Shown here: piece by piece, positions 51,116 through 64,000 of the stretch
How the letters are laid out: each line of letters starts with the position of its first letter
Position numbering within the stretch: position 1 is the stretch's first letter
From: Flaccisagitta enflata
Taxonomy: Eukaryota
Assembly (NCBI GenBank): GCA_965153355.1
Contig: OZ231126.1
Span: forward strand, 22,382,001 to 22,446,000
Direction of reading: 5' to 3'
DNA: 64,000 nucleotides
The notes under the pieces: model-generated
What the model saw: only the letters and a program-made list of their open reading frames with translations
Database searches by the model: none
What the model was told of the DNA's origin: nothing
Made by a program: the position numbers and the translations under genes

Positions 51116-54100
51116 GTGCCAGTTGAAACTGGGCGTAATTTATATTTCAACAATTTAAAAACGACTCGAACTCTTTCCATCTTCGACCTCCGAAAACGAA
51201 ATTGGACAATGGCAGCCGCGCAACGACGACACCGTCTCGACTGCTTCAACGTCGTCTCGTGTATCTCACTTCGGTTTGAATCAGTGTCCGAGGTCGAATC
51301 GTTTGCGCGCAATGAGGAAAGACATCACTGCGGAAATGGAAGGATGCCGGCGCTTTTCGACGCCGTTACCGCTTGCGCCGAAGAACGAATGACTTCGACG
51401 ACGCCGCCTGTGAATCAGATGGCGCTCGACACGGCCTTCGGGATATGGTTTACGACTTTATATCATATGCAAGGCAAATGGCGCTCGACTCGATGCCCGG
51501 CGACCCTCTTCGATTCGCGGCGTCCACTCTGCGTCGAATCCGGCGCGAATGGGACTCCATGCGTTTCTTTGATCGTGAAAACTATCCAGAGGGTTTTCCT
51601 TCCAACGCCGACATCGTGAACGCAGTGCACAACGACATCGGGAATCGTAAAAGACCCGTCAATGAATTCTCATGGAACAGTCTCCCAACTGATACTCACG
51701 CCGCCCGTGACAATGTTACTGGCGCTCCAACTCCAAGGATGCGAACGTCTTCGCCAAACCCCGACGGATCCGAGTATTTGCCACTTCCGGTCCCTCGACA
51801 TGGTGCGCAATCTCCAACTGGCAGCCAATTCTTAAATCTGCCGCCGATCCAAAGAGGAGATGCCGTCAATCAGTGGGTCTCAGACTTGGTCTCGGAAATT
51901 GAACCTGCGCGTGCGTCTCCGATGGAGCAAGCCGACGACATGCTTGCGGACCTCGACGACGCCGATGCTCTCGCAAGAGGTCGCGGGGTGATCAACGGAT
52001 TGACGCCGCAGGAGAGGGCGAGGCGGCGCTTCATCAATAGGAGTGCGGAGAGAGACAGATGGGGTAGGCAGCTGGAGGAGGAAATGCGACAAGGCCGTCG
52101 GCTGATAGATGATATGCAGCAGCAACAACGGGAGGAGGAGCAGCGACAGCAACAGGAGCAACAGCAGCAGCATCAATTGCAGATGCAGCAGCAGCAACTC
52201 CAACAGCAACGTCAACTCCACCGACCACAGGAGCAGCAGCAAACGACGGCTCAACGGCAGCAGCAAGAGCTGTTGCAGCAGCAGCAGTTGCAGCAACTCC
52301 AACAATTTCGTCAACAAGATCAACAACATCAGATCCTGCAGCCGGCGCCACAACCTGTGGCTCAACAACAGCAACAACACGATCAGCGGCAACAACAACA
52401 GCAGCAGCAACAACAGCATCAACATCAGCAAGATTTGCTGCTTCAGCAACAACAGCAACAACAACAAGAACTGCAACAACATCAACCGGCACGCAGCCGC
52501 AAGAACAGCAACAACAGCGGCAAAATGATGCAGGAGAACGTCTGCAACAGCAACTGCAGCAACAACAGCAACCTTCCGCGCAATCCCAGCGGTGGTAGTG
52601 GATCCTCCAGCGTCAAATGACCATCCTGTCGAAAGCATGAGTGTTAGTGAGGAAACAGAAGAAGCGAGACAGCAACGCCTTGCAGAACAACGACTGCGCA
52701 TGATGGCTGAAGGTGAAGGTGGTGGTGTAGCAACAGCCCCAAAGGCGCCGATCGCGGTGCCATTGGGATTCCAACAGCGAAGCTCATCACAAGAAGACAA
52801 AGAATTGTACGACAGAATGTGCAACTTTCGCCAGCAGCAGCAGCGAGATGAAGATAGAAGGGCAGGAGTATTCAACAATGCGGCAGAGATGCAACGGAAG
52901 CATTGGAATAGCCTGAACGACGGCGGCATTGGTGGAGCTTTGGAGCAGCGAGATGTGAAGCTTAGACAACTGTCTGAGCTGGACAAACAGCAGCCGCAGC
53001 ATCCGTCAAAGGACCGTCGATCTATCTTCTTGCAGCAACATCATGTGCAGCCAGTGGAAACGTCCGTCAAGCAGCCGACGCAGCAGCAGCAACAGTTGGA
53101 GCAGAAGCAGCAGCAAGGACAGCGACAGCATCAACTGCAACAGCAGAATGAGCAGCAACAGCATCCTGACCAGCAGCAGCAGCTTCAACACCAGCAGTGG
53201 CAGCAGCAACGGTTTCAACAACAGCAACAGCATCATTATCAGCATCATCAAACCCCAGCAGCAACGATTCTCCCTACCGCACCGGAAGTGATCTTCGAGA
53301 AGCAGATTGGTTCTGCTAGAAGGGAGACTGAACCTCCCAAGAGGAAAAGGTCTTCAACATAGCCGGAAGCGGGGTGATGCAACGGAGGCGATGCGCAGGA
53401 GGCAGAGGCAGGAGGCCGCTGACGCGAAGTTGGCACAGCAGCTGCAAGATAAGGAGAGAAGAAAAGTCGCTCCCAAGAAGACAATGAGTGGATTGCAGCC
53501 GAAGGCGCCAAAAGTAGCGCAAGCGCCTCTAGCAACGCCTCAAGCGGAAGTCATCCAGCAGAATCAACGTTTGCAGCAAGAAGTGGATAGTTTGAGGATG
53601 CAGATTCAGCAGAGAGACTTTGACCTTGCCGCAGCGAGAAGAGAAGAGAAACAACGCAAAGAAGAACAACAAAGCGACAATACGTCAGTCAAGATTTTGA
53701 TGCTCCCCGATTCCATCAAGATGATCGTCAACAACAAATGAATCAGCAGGAAGAAGTTGGGTGGAGTGTGAAAACTACCAAAAAGAGATCTCCGGTCAAG
53801 GTCGGGGGTCAATACGCATTCACCCAACAAGCCCCAACGTATCATCAGTGGAGCATCATCAAGTAGCTCGTCAACTGGAAGTCCACGTACAGATGCCCAA
53901 CAATCCGGCTCTGGACATGTTCTTGGAGAGGGCGGCGTACAATGATCATATGCTGCGCTGCAAGAGAGCTCTGCTGCATCGGCTGCTTGACGGACGTTTC
54001 CACAGCAAGACCTGAGTAGCCTCTGCATGAGCTTTCATCCACTGATTTCAGGATGTGGAAGAGGAAGTTAAAAGATGCTGAAAAGCATGAAGGCTTGACG

Positions 54101-56310
54101 CAAATGGACATTTTATTGGAATTGCCTCTGGGGTTTGCTTGTCCGGCAAAGGAGATCATCGAACCGGCGATTATTGGTACAACTGAAGCGACAGCAAGAG
54201 AAGAGATCGACCACGCCTTCGCAAAAATGGACGTCGTCTTCATGGCAAGGCGCTGCAACATTGCGGCGCTGTTCAACGAAATCGTCGCGGAGGCGAAGAT
54301 CCAGTCGGCCGACCATGCAAGGCATTTCAATTTGTCTGCAAGGCTGCAAAAGGCAAAGAAGATTGCGAAGACCTGTGGAGAAGTGCATCAATGCTATCGT
54401 GACGAGTTGCTGTGCAAGAAATCAATAAGAGGGTTCCCCATCTGCAGATAAATATGGGAAAAGCAACATGAAGCGGCCAAAAAGGACAATCATTTTCATT
54501 CGACAACTTGGTCATCATGATTGAGACATGTACTATCATTCAGCAACAGCAAGTTGCAACAGCATCAGTGGCGCAGCAGCTGCAACAACATGAAAAATAT
54601 TACTAATATCATATGAGGATGCTGACCAATGGCAAGCAAAGGTGCAGTCGACGATCGCTGCAACGCCTGCAGTGGGAATGACTGGGAACGGAAGAGCGTC
54701 ATCAGTTGTTATGAGTTGGAAGGACGCGAGTTCAGAAGATCATGTCTCGTCGCCTTTGCTTCCACTGCCTCGCGCCAGGACATAACGCCAAAGGATGCGC
54801 GAACAGACCAACTTGCCAGACCTCCAAAGAAGCGGCACGCGACACCCTCCACATAATTCTGCATAAGAAAAAGAAGAAAAAGAAGAAAGAAAGGAGAAAA
54901 TACAGGAAAATAAAGTACCGCTGGCTCCTTTCAAAATCAGATGATGCGGCTGCAGCAGCACCAACAGCTCCGTCGACATGAGGCAGCCCCATCCAACTAG
55001 CACCTTCCTAACGCCACGGCAGGCGACTGAAGTGGCAACGGCAACGCCGGGTCCGTTCTCCTTTTCATTCGACGACGTTGTCCGTCCGATTGTTCCAGTG
55101 ACTATTATAAACAATTCTTCTGGTGCGCAGAGGACGATATACGCTATGATCGACTCAGGCGCTGATCATGACGAGATCAGTACCAATGTCATTCGCAGCC
55201 CTCTGATTCCAACAAAAACAGTGCAAAACATTTAAGGATTACTGTGGGAAATCGTGTTGTTGAGGATCATTTCATCGCATCATTTACCAAGCAATCGGTC
55301 GACGAGGAATACGTCGTCGACGTCAACGACGCATTGGTGGGTGATTTGTTAACGAGTGAACGCGACATTCCTCCCTTTCTCCGCGACTTATCTGACCAAC
55401 CTCGCATCGAAGACATAAAATTTCCAGAAGCTGAAGGCGGTAAGATGATGATCATCGGAGCGGCGCATGCGGATGCCGCCGCCGCTCAAGAAATCCTCCG
55501 AGGGCCTTCAGGATCTTTGACTTACTTAAGATGTCTATTCAGTTGGACTGTATGTGGAAAAACGGGGAAGAGAGGACGAGATATTGCATCGATCAACGCT
55601 ATTGCAACGGATGACCGCGTCCTCAACGACAACATCGATCGCATCCTCGACAATCGCGTCCTCAACAGCAACATTGACCGCATCTTCTACCATGACTTTG
55701 CATCATCAATCGTCTCGCAGGAGGAGATGGGTGATTCCCTTGAAAATATCAGAGCGTGCAAAATGTTAGAGGAAAAGACATATTTTTGCCCAACTGTGAA
55801 AAAATATTTTGCTCCTGTCACATGGAAATTTCATCACGAAAAATCAATGGAAATTCTGAGAAGAGTGAGGTCATGACCTACTGCGATGAAGCTGCCTTTG
55901 GCAACCAACGCTCGCCAAGCGTGATCCAGCTCTCTTCAAAGAAAGAGCTCCCTCCGTGAGATCAGAAAATTTTACGAGACGGGAGTGGTTGCATTGAGAT
56001 TGACAACGCTGATTTACGACGACAGCATTGAGAAGCCGCGCTGGTACTTACCACTTCACATTGTGGAATTGCGTGGCAAAACGCGCGTATGCCACGATGT
56101 GCGTGCGGCGACCGACGGGATCTCACTCAATGATTTGCTCGTCAGGATGCCCAAACTTGATGAATATTTTGATGGACATCCTCATGCGTCGCCGCCAGTG
56201 GAAAACCGCCTTTATGTGTGATATAAAGGCGTTTTTCCACCAAATCCGCGCCCATCCTGACGACGCTGATTTATTCAGATTCTTACTTTTTCCTAGGAGA
56301 ACCTTGATCA
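51116..56310 (+). mobile_element. Decayed, 3'-truncated BEL/Pao LTR retrotransposon (gag, protease, start of RT)
   Basis: Zinc knuckle CFHCLAPGHNAKGC...C...LHIILH (~54755), protease PIVPV...YAMIDSGA (~55150), RT N-terminus WYLPLH, RVCHD, SLNDLL, CPNL, CDIKAFFHQI...FRFL; many stops and frameshifts; no YxDD, RNase H or integrase seen. Confidence 0.9.
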
Positions 56311-56395
56311 ATAATTAAGTTTGAAGGATGGAATGGTGGAAGGTAATGCGAAATGAAAAATTGGCTGATACACATGTGATAGTTCTGAGCATTAC

Positions 56396-57140
56396 GTCAA
56401 GGTGCACAGGAAGGGGCAATTTTCATGGTCAAATCCTATTCTTGATGAAAAGTAAAATGAAGAATTGACAATTTTTTTTAATAAGAATTCATGTTTTGTA
56501 TCATTTATTCATTTTTTTGCATTGAGAATCCTTTATGTGTTCAAAATCAGTTGGAAAAATTGAGAGAAAAATAGAAAAATAAACCTCCATTCCTTGACTT
56601 GTCTTACGTGAAATTCTTAATCTGTCTCTGAATGCATAAATGTGCATTTTTAAAAACATGGCCCTGTTCTAAAAACATATAGTAAAGAATATGTTCTGTA
56701 GGGGAAATGCAAAATTTTGCATTCAGAGACAGATTAAGAATTTCACGCAAAATGATTTTCCAAAATTACTGCAACTGCAACTTACGGCTCGTGCCCAGCA
56801 ACTGCAACTGCAACTGCAACTGCAACTTACGGCTCGTGCCCAGCCACAATTAATTAGTGCCCCTGCTCAGAAAAATATGCCTCTGCCCATCGAAATCACT
56901 GCCCCTGCCCATCTGCATTACTGCCCCTACTTATTGGCCGTGTATCTATTAAGTTCAGGCATGCACTGTGTCAAAACAGGTGCGCGAAAAACATTTTATT
57001 GAAAACTGGGAGTGAAACGCTGCCATTAGACATCATTTTTCGCCATTTGCCGTCATCAAAAAGTATTTTTGATACAAAATTCGAAATCTACGTCCAAAAT
57101 TGTGTCGAGTAAGGGGCTATGTGCAGATTTTCTCCTTGAC
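56396..57140. mobile_element. Interspersed repeat with GTCAAGG/CCTTGAC ends and an internal inverted repeat; an inverted copy is split around the foldback element (~21170-21240 and ~25170-25458)
   Basis: 56396-56690 is the reverse complement of ~25170-25458; 56705-56770 matches ~21170-21237. Confidence 0.65.
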
Positions 57141-60100
57141 TGGGAATGTTTTTTTGTATGAAAACTGTGAAAAAAACTTTGTCAATCAGCTCTAGCTTTT
57201 AGTCGCGTGCTACGAGACTCTATGACCCGCTATTTCTGTTCGGTCGGTTGGTCTGTCCATCTGTTGGTTGGTCACCATTAGTTTTTTTTTGTAAATATTG
57301 TTATTCTTCTAGCTATTATAAGTCATTCTGGTCATCTTTGGTCATCTTAAGCATTATTTTAAGTCATTTCATTTAACACTAATGCAATTCAAAGCTTAAT
57401 GCTAAAAGTCAATGAAAAGATCAGTCACTGCTACATAGTCAATGTGCTATAAAGTCAATGTTGTTAAAAGTCATTACTATTAAAAGTCACTGTTATCAAT
57501 AGTCAATGCTATTAAAAGTCATTCTAAGTTTTTTTTTAAGTCATTAAAAGTCATTGGTAAAAGTGTTATAACTAGGTCACCCACATCGTGACATGGTCAG
57601 CAGCAGCACCTAACGCCTCTGCTGGAGCAGACTGAAGCAGGAAGAACCGGATGAGTAGGGTAGCGCTCCAAACGCCAATGTCCTAGAACATATGGGTGAA
57701 TTTTCCCAGACATTCTGAGAAGGCACATTGAAGGCTTGATTTGATTGATTGAGCTGCAATGAGGCAGAAACATTGGGGGTTAAGGGCTCTGGAATGAGAT
57801 CAGGGATAAGAGATTAGACAGGAGAGGGTTATTTTAGGTGCTGAATTGAGACCTAAACTAAGTCAGATTTTGGGCTTGAGAGGCTAACTTTGGAACTGAG
57901 AGGGCTGATTTTGGCCTGAGAGGGCTGACATAGGTCTGAGAGGCTTGATTTAAGCCTGAGAGAGCTGATATTGGGTCTGATAAGGTTGATTCTGGGCCTG
58001 AGGGGCCTCGGGGGGGGATGTACGGATGAATGGATGTACAGACGGACGGACGTATAGACAAACGAACGGACGTCTGGAAATTCACCAGTGTCCCACAGGA
58101 CATCGGCCCTTTGGGGCTGTGCCCAAAAAGTGTCAACATTGTTGATTATGAATTAACGACCACACGCGACTTGTAATGAATTGGCCTTGTTACACCTCAA
58201 CACATTTATTTTTCCATCATTAGGGCATTAAAAGTTCAGGTTTTTTGATGACTGTCACACCGCTACAACACATTTAGTCATTATCTAAGCTCGTGGTTGA
58301 AGGGTTTGCACCAAATATTGCTAATTTCCCGACGCCTAGTGGATAATGCATTGTGCATTCACTCGGCCATTCAATTGGATAACATTTTTGGTTGTTCTGC
58401 TCATATCACTGCCCTTACCCAACATTGATCATTCGTTCTAAGCACTGCCCCTGCCCATGGGTATATCATTATGTCACCGGTATCCAGCTTTAATCATTTC
58501 AAACATGTTGGTCTCTTATCTACGATATTGGCGCAAGTGTTTAATGAAACAAGGAAAAAAGTAATTAGAATCAATACCTATTAATTACTCGAAGTCCAAA
58601 AAACGGTATTAAAACTAGTGACTGTGGCAGTAACTAAGACTAATGACCCCGTTTTTTTTTAAAGCCCAATTTAGCTGATAAGGTGGTGAGTCCGAGTTCA
58701 GATGACTTTATCTGTAAACACTACTTGATAAGGACTACCTCTGATACAAATTTGATCAAATTCGAAGATAGGCATGTTTTTGATATTTCATCACCATTTT
58801 TTACCTGAGCATCGCGAATAATGTCAAATGGGGTCAAATGTTGCAAATTTGGTATCAAACTGAACCTTTGGTTATTGACTTTCTGTTAATTCATTGATTT
58901 TTGTTGGGAAAGCTTGTTCAATATGTATATGCACGGCCAGAAGAAGAGGTAGAAAGTATCGGTAATTAGGGTTACTACCCCCAATACTCCCCAGCTGTCA
59001 GTGTCCTGTCTATATTGTAGTCTGTCTTTGCTTATTTGCATAATGCTGTTTTTGATAAACACAACACAAGATAGGGTAAAAAGAGCAGAAACGAGCTAAC
59101 TCGCACTAGGCTAGTAGCATGTACCCTGGTGACATCGGCCATTGTTGTTAAAAGTGAGAAAAGAAATTGGTCGTGATCATACTTCACTTCACTATTGTGT
59201 GAATAAATGTTATATATAAAAAGAAAACAACATATTGGAGGTATTCTTCTCTCACTGTCTCTCTCTGTCTCTCTCTGTCTCTCTCTCTCTCTCCTCGCCC
59301 CGTCGTCTCTCAACTTTTACACATTTTTCTCCTGATGAGGTTTTTCCCCCAAACGAAGCTCGAAAAAGAAGTGACGCAAAAAAGAAGGTAATTAAGATTT
59401 TCGGGCGAAAGGCGAAAGAAGACGACGAAAAAGAGAAAAGAATATATTGGCGTTTTCTTCCTTCTCTTCTTCATCCTCTCTTTTTTTTCCCCTTCACTTC
59501 TTTTTGCCTTCATTCATGGCCTTTCACCAAGTTTTTAAAAAAGAGTCAAAGTTGGCACATTTGGGTGTTTCAATATCGGAGAAAACAGGGTCATTATGAT
59601 TTATGAATTTATGTGCTCCACATTTGGGTGTTTCGGTATTGGAGGAAACGGGTCATCATGTGCTCCCGGGTATTTTACGAACCTGTAGTGAATGTGTAAC
59701 TGTCCGACAGACAGACAGACAAATGGAGCTGACCATTGATAAACCTGGTTTTTGCGCGAAAAAAAGATTTACACTTTCAGAAGCTATTTACGAATTTTAA
59801 CGACGCATTGAAATATCATTTCATATTTTGTAACGGTATAAAGAAAACAAGCGCTGATACACGGCCAACTGGTGGTCAGTTGCAGTGGGTAGGGGCAGTG
59901 ATGCAAATGGGCAGGGTGGAGGAGGCTTATTGACGCAGGCAGAAATCAAGGGGATGAAGAACTGTTTTTAGTCACTTCATAAACAATAAATTTGCGTGAC
60001 GGACATTCAGACAGACATTCAGACATTCAGACGGACCAAGGGACACACCCTCTTATAGAGTCGCTTAGGCAGCGACTAAAAACGGAACAACTTGTTTCGC

Positions 60101-60198
60101 TAACTTTTGCCAAACAGAAGGCCTAAACTACAGAAAATTCATAACCATTCAAAAGCACAGCAAAAGATCTTTCAAATGCGACGTTGCTGGTCATTTTA

Positions 60199-60648
60199 CA
60201 GTATGATTCATCTTGACTGTAACATTTCACGACGGCATTGCTCAAAAATTAAAAGAGACAGTTCAATTCTGAAAAAAACATATGAAAAGTAATTGCTTGG
60301 CATTTTATGATAAACTATTTCCCAGGCTTTTCTATCAAATTTTGATACCTTTTACACATAAAAGACTTTGTAGCAAATTATGCCAAAAAAGGTCATTTTT
60401 CTCTCTTTTTTTTATAAAACTGTATCCAATTACAATTTTTTCTCACTTTTACCTTAAACTACATCAATATATTTCATATTTGTTAATTAGAAATTTAGGG
60501 GTTTTGATTTTCTAAAAAAATCCTGAGCATCAATCACCATAAAATGCCAAATCATTACCTAACAGAGATTTTTTTCAGAATTAGATCATCTCTATTACTT
60601 TTGTAGCAATGCTGTCATGAAATGTTACAGTCGAGATGAATCATACTG
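60199..60648. mobile_element. Tc1/mariner-type MITE
   Basis: TA|CAGTATGATTCATCTTGACTGTAACATTTCA ... TGAAATGTTACAGTCGAGATGAATCATACTG|TA. Confidence 0.88.
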
Positions 60649-61509
60649 TAGCTTTCTTCTTTGAGAAATGGCATAAGAATGAGTAAAAACATTGCCCCAT
60701 TCAATTTTAAGTTAAAACCTAACTTGAATAAAAAGGTTTTGGGAAAAACATTGTTAACTTTGACATGCTCTTGCTCCTAGACCGCTTGAGATACAGATCT
60801 GGGGTCGGTCTAGATTGAAAGAGAATTCAAAAATCTTTAAAATCACCTAAGAGAAAAAGTTTATATAATTTTTTTTTTTGGGGGGGGGGGGGCTTTCTTA
60901 TGAATCAACGAAGAGCTGCAGCTTCTTCCACTTTAACTACATATTACATTTGTGACCACCTCTTCTTTATAGATCCTTGTGCCATTTCTAAACGAATAAA
61001 GCGGGGCCAACCAGCAAGGTCTCATTCAAAAGATCTTTCGCAGAGCTTTTAAACGGTCGTGGATTTTCCTATGTTTTTCTCATTGGATGAATACAAAATA
61101 CTGAAAAGCATTTTGTATTCCGTTTTTTCCTTTGCTACCGTTACTGATCACATTCTACCCTTTAAAATTCCTATGGCAAGTGAAACAGGTTGATATGGTC
61201 GGGCCTCATCGCGGATTGGAGGGAATTCCCAATTCTTGCTTTCAAGCGCTTGTTCTTTTGTATGATTGTTCGCGGTTACGACCTCTCATCCCGAAGCGAC
61301 GCCGACTAGCGAACTCTGCCGCGAGTTTCTGGCGTAAATAATTCTCAATACGAATGAACAAGTTTCAATAGCCGCGTCGGCGCTCCAACTCCGTTAGTCC
61401 CCGTCTTCTGTTTGTTGCTTGTCTTTTTTGTTTCCAAGAATTCTATCTGTCTGTCTATTTGTGTGTCTCTCTGTCTCTCCGTCTGACTGTCTGTCTACCA
61501 GTGTAACAA

Positions 61510-61546
<37 letters not shown>

Positions 61547-61782
61547 TGGCCCAACTCCTAAGGTCTATCTTTCACTCTGTTTCTCAGTCTGTCTGTCTGT
61601 GTTTTTGCCTCTCCTCTCGCACACAAGAGAAAGTTAAAGAAAGATGCTGAAAAAGAAATTTGAAAGAGAAAGGAATTAAAAACCTGAAAAGGAAGAGATT
61701 AATTCATTTTCTTCGGCAAAATTCTCTCTCTCTCTCTCTCTCTTTCTTTTTTTTTTTTTCCTATTGTCGTAGCTTCTTCTAG

Positions 61783-61813
<31 letters not shown>

Positions 61814-62941
61814 CCCTCCCTCCCTCCCTCCCTCCCTCCCTCCTCTGCCAATGCGCTTTTCTTTTATCCTTTCAGATTTTCATTCAAGAACCCGAAGATT
61901 TAATGCTCGCAATTGTCAAAAAATTTCTTTTAATCTTTTGCCTAGTTTAAATGGCGCCAAGTGAACGAGTCGCATTCCGGATTTCGATGTTCTTTTTTTT
62001 TATCTTCTTCCCTTTTTTGTTTTCCATCTATTGCCGTCAGATGACGAAGGAGCGACTCGCTTCTCGCATTCGAAATTCCAATATGTTTTCTCTCCATCTC
62101 CAGAAAACAACCCTTTCATTGGGGAAAAGCTCCTTCACTCGTTGCCTAGATAACCGCCTTATTCACTAGCTATTAGGATCATCTCAGCTTTTTTTCATGT
62201 GTTGTTTTTTCCTAAACGAAAAAGAGAAAAACAAAAACCGCCGTCCTAGTGGAAGAGAACATTATGCTGATCTGGAATCTTTATTGTGAGTTTAACGAGG
62301 CAAGTATTTCTATTTTTAAGACGCCGGGACTGAAAATGAAAAAAGGAAATTGTTCAAAATTATAAATTTTTGCTGATGTCTCTCTTTCTCGCTTATCTTT
62401 CCGGTCTATGTACACGCGTATGTATATAAATGTGCACACCCTCTCTCGCAATGAACGTTTTGATAGCGCTTACGAGTCATGTGTGAACGGCGATTCCATG
62501 TATGACGGTTGAAAAGTAGGCAGAGTAGAGACAAGTGAAAAGATTCATCAGCAGTTATCTGCCTTTTGCTATACTCTTCAAGCTAAGTCTGATCTCAGTA
62601 TGCCGCTTTAAATAGAACACAAGAATGCCACCAACCCAACTCTTGGATGACATATTTGCAGAAAAAAAACTTCAAAGACCTTTTTTTGGTTTGCCTCTCA
62701 CTGACATTACACACCTGTAATAATGGCTTTTTGCACGCGTATCCTCATATCCTGAGTAACCCTCTGCCCTAACTCACACACACAAGAGCCAGTTCAATGG
62801 CATCTGAATTTGGTATCGTCTTAAAACTTGCGATGATGCGACTTTTTACTCCTTTTTCCTTCCTTTTTTTTGCCCTTGAGGAAAGGAGAAATAAACTTTG
62901 TCTCTTTCTGGCGATAAAAAGTGACATTAATAATTCTGTCA

Positions 62942-63155
62942 GGGCGTGTTTCTAGTGAAGATGAAAAACGCGTTTGTACCCGTGAAACGCGATAACAGCG
63001 TGAACACATATTCAAGAATTTCAACTGTCCCACGAGGGAGTGAGCAAAGTGAGTGAGCGAGCCCGTGAACGGAGTGAGCGGTGCGAGCAAACGAACATAG
63101 CGAGCGACCGAGTGGCCAGTTAAAAACGCGATCGTCTTTGACTAGAAACGCCCCC
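62942..63155. mobile_element. PIF/Harbinger-like MITE
   Basis: GGGCGTGTTTCTAGT ... ACTAGAAACGCCCCC with 3-bp TCA on both sides. Confidence 0.75.
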
Positions 63156-63469
63156 TCAGTGCAAAAGTCTCTCGAAAGTGGATGAAATAGATGGCAAAGG
63201 TGATTTTGTGGTAATGTTGGATTTCGTTACGACGAAGAGATGGCAGACTTGAGACTTGATGTTTTGATGTACATCCCGCACTGAGCTCTAAATGGCAGCG
63301 CATGAGTCTAGTTGGCCTCTTTTGGGCGCAGTTCTTGCGGCACTGCCACTGCACAAACACGTCATTGGCCATCTAGATCACTAACCTTGCCATACCGTAA
63401 ACGGCTATGGTAGCGTGCGCTGCCTCGTTCTCGAAATCGATATGATACTCTTGCCAAAAGCTGACGCCA

Positions 63470-64000
63470 AAAGCTGACGCCGTCTGCTTTGATATCATGA
63501 TGCAGTCAGTATTGATACCAAGACCGTCTGCCTTGATTAGATGCCGTAAAGGAGTCGACGTCAACACTATAACGCCGCTTAAGTGCCGTGATGCGGTCAG
63601 CATGAAAATTGAGACAGTTGGCGTTGATGTTGAGACTGTATGCTCTGATGCCATGAGGTAGTCAGTGTCAACGCCATAACGCCGCTTGCAGCTTGCTTAC
63701 CAATTGTCATGATGACGTCGACAAAAAAAGTTGAGACAGTTGGCGTTGATGCCAAGACCGTCTGCTCGCCATAACGCCGCTTGTGTGTCATGATGCTGTT
63801 GGCGCCAATGCCACGATGCTGTTGGCGTCAATGCCATGATGCCATGATGCCATGATGCTGTTGGCGTCAATACCATGATGCGGTAGGTATAAAAATCGAG
63901 ACAGTCCATAATGATGCCGAGATTATCCGCTTTGATTCCATCAAGCAGATGGCGTCGACGCCATATATGTCTTTTGCTGCTCGGCGTCGCTGCCACGATT
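63470..64000. repeat. Degenerate tandem-repeat region (GTTGGCGTCAATGCCATGATG and ACGCCATAACGCCGCTTG motifs)
   Basis: Both motifs recur several times. Confidence 0.6.

Noticed and set aside
58224-58280. GIKSSGFLMTVTP as the next TIR exon
   Set aside because: Phase 0 does not fit the phase-1 donor at 56343 and the frame stops after about 18 codons

Overview
Repeat-rich animal (probably invertebrate) genomic DNA with spliceosomal GT-AG genes. Host genes supported by the sequence: (1) the last coding exon of a DNMT3-type cytosine methyltransferase (256-1398), with a ~117-aa Ser/Thr-rich insertion inside the catalytic domain and an altered RD dimer interface; (2) a somatomedin-B-domain, family-B-like 7TM receptor (main exon 26377-28616); (3) a four-exon, phase-consistent gene that the ORF track largely misses (45139-49760), encoding a HEPN-like (Swt1/DZIP3/CXorf38-type) domain, a coiled coil and the start of a TIR domain. 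Its remaining TIR exons appear disrupted by a truncated BEL/Pao LTR retrotransposon (~50233-56310). A small minus-strand gene (35332-38289) is possible but weak. The rest is two decayed LINE copies, many non-autonomous DNA transposons with visible TIRs and TSDs (hAT, Tc1/mariner-pogo, Harbinger-like), a 3.9-kb foldback element, DINE-1/Helentron-like repeats, a tRNA-like Pol III unit, CpG-rich minisatellites showing CpG decay, and microsatellites. All domain calls come from motif recognition by eye; no searches were run.
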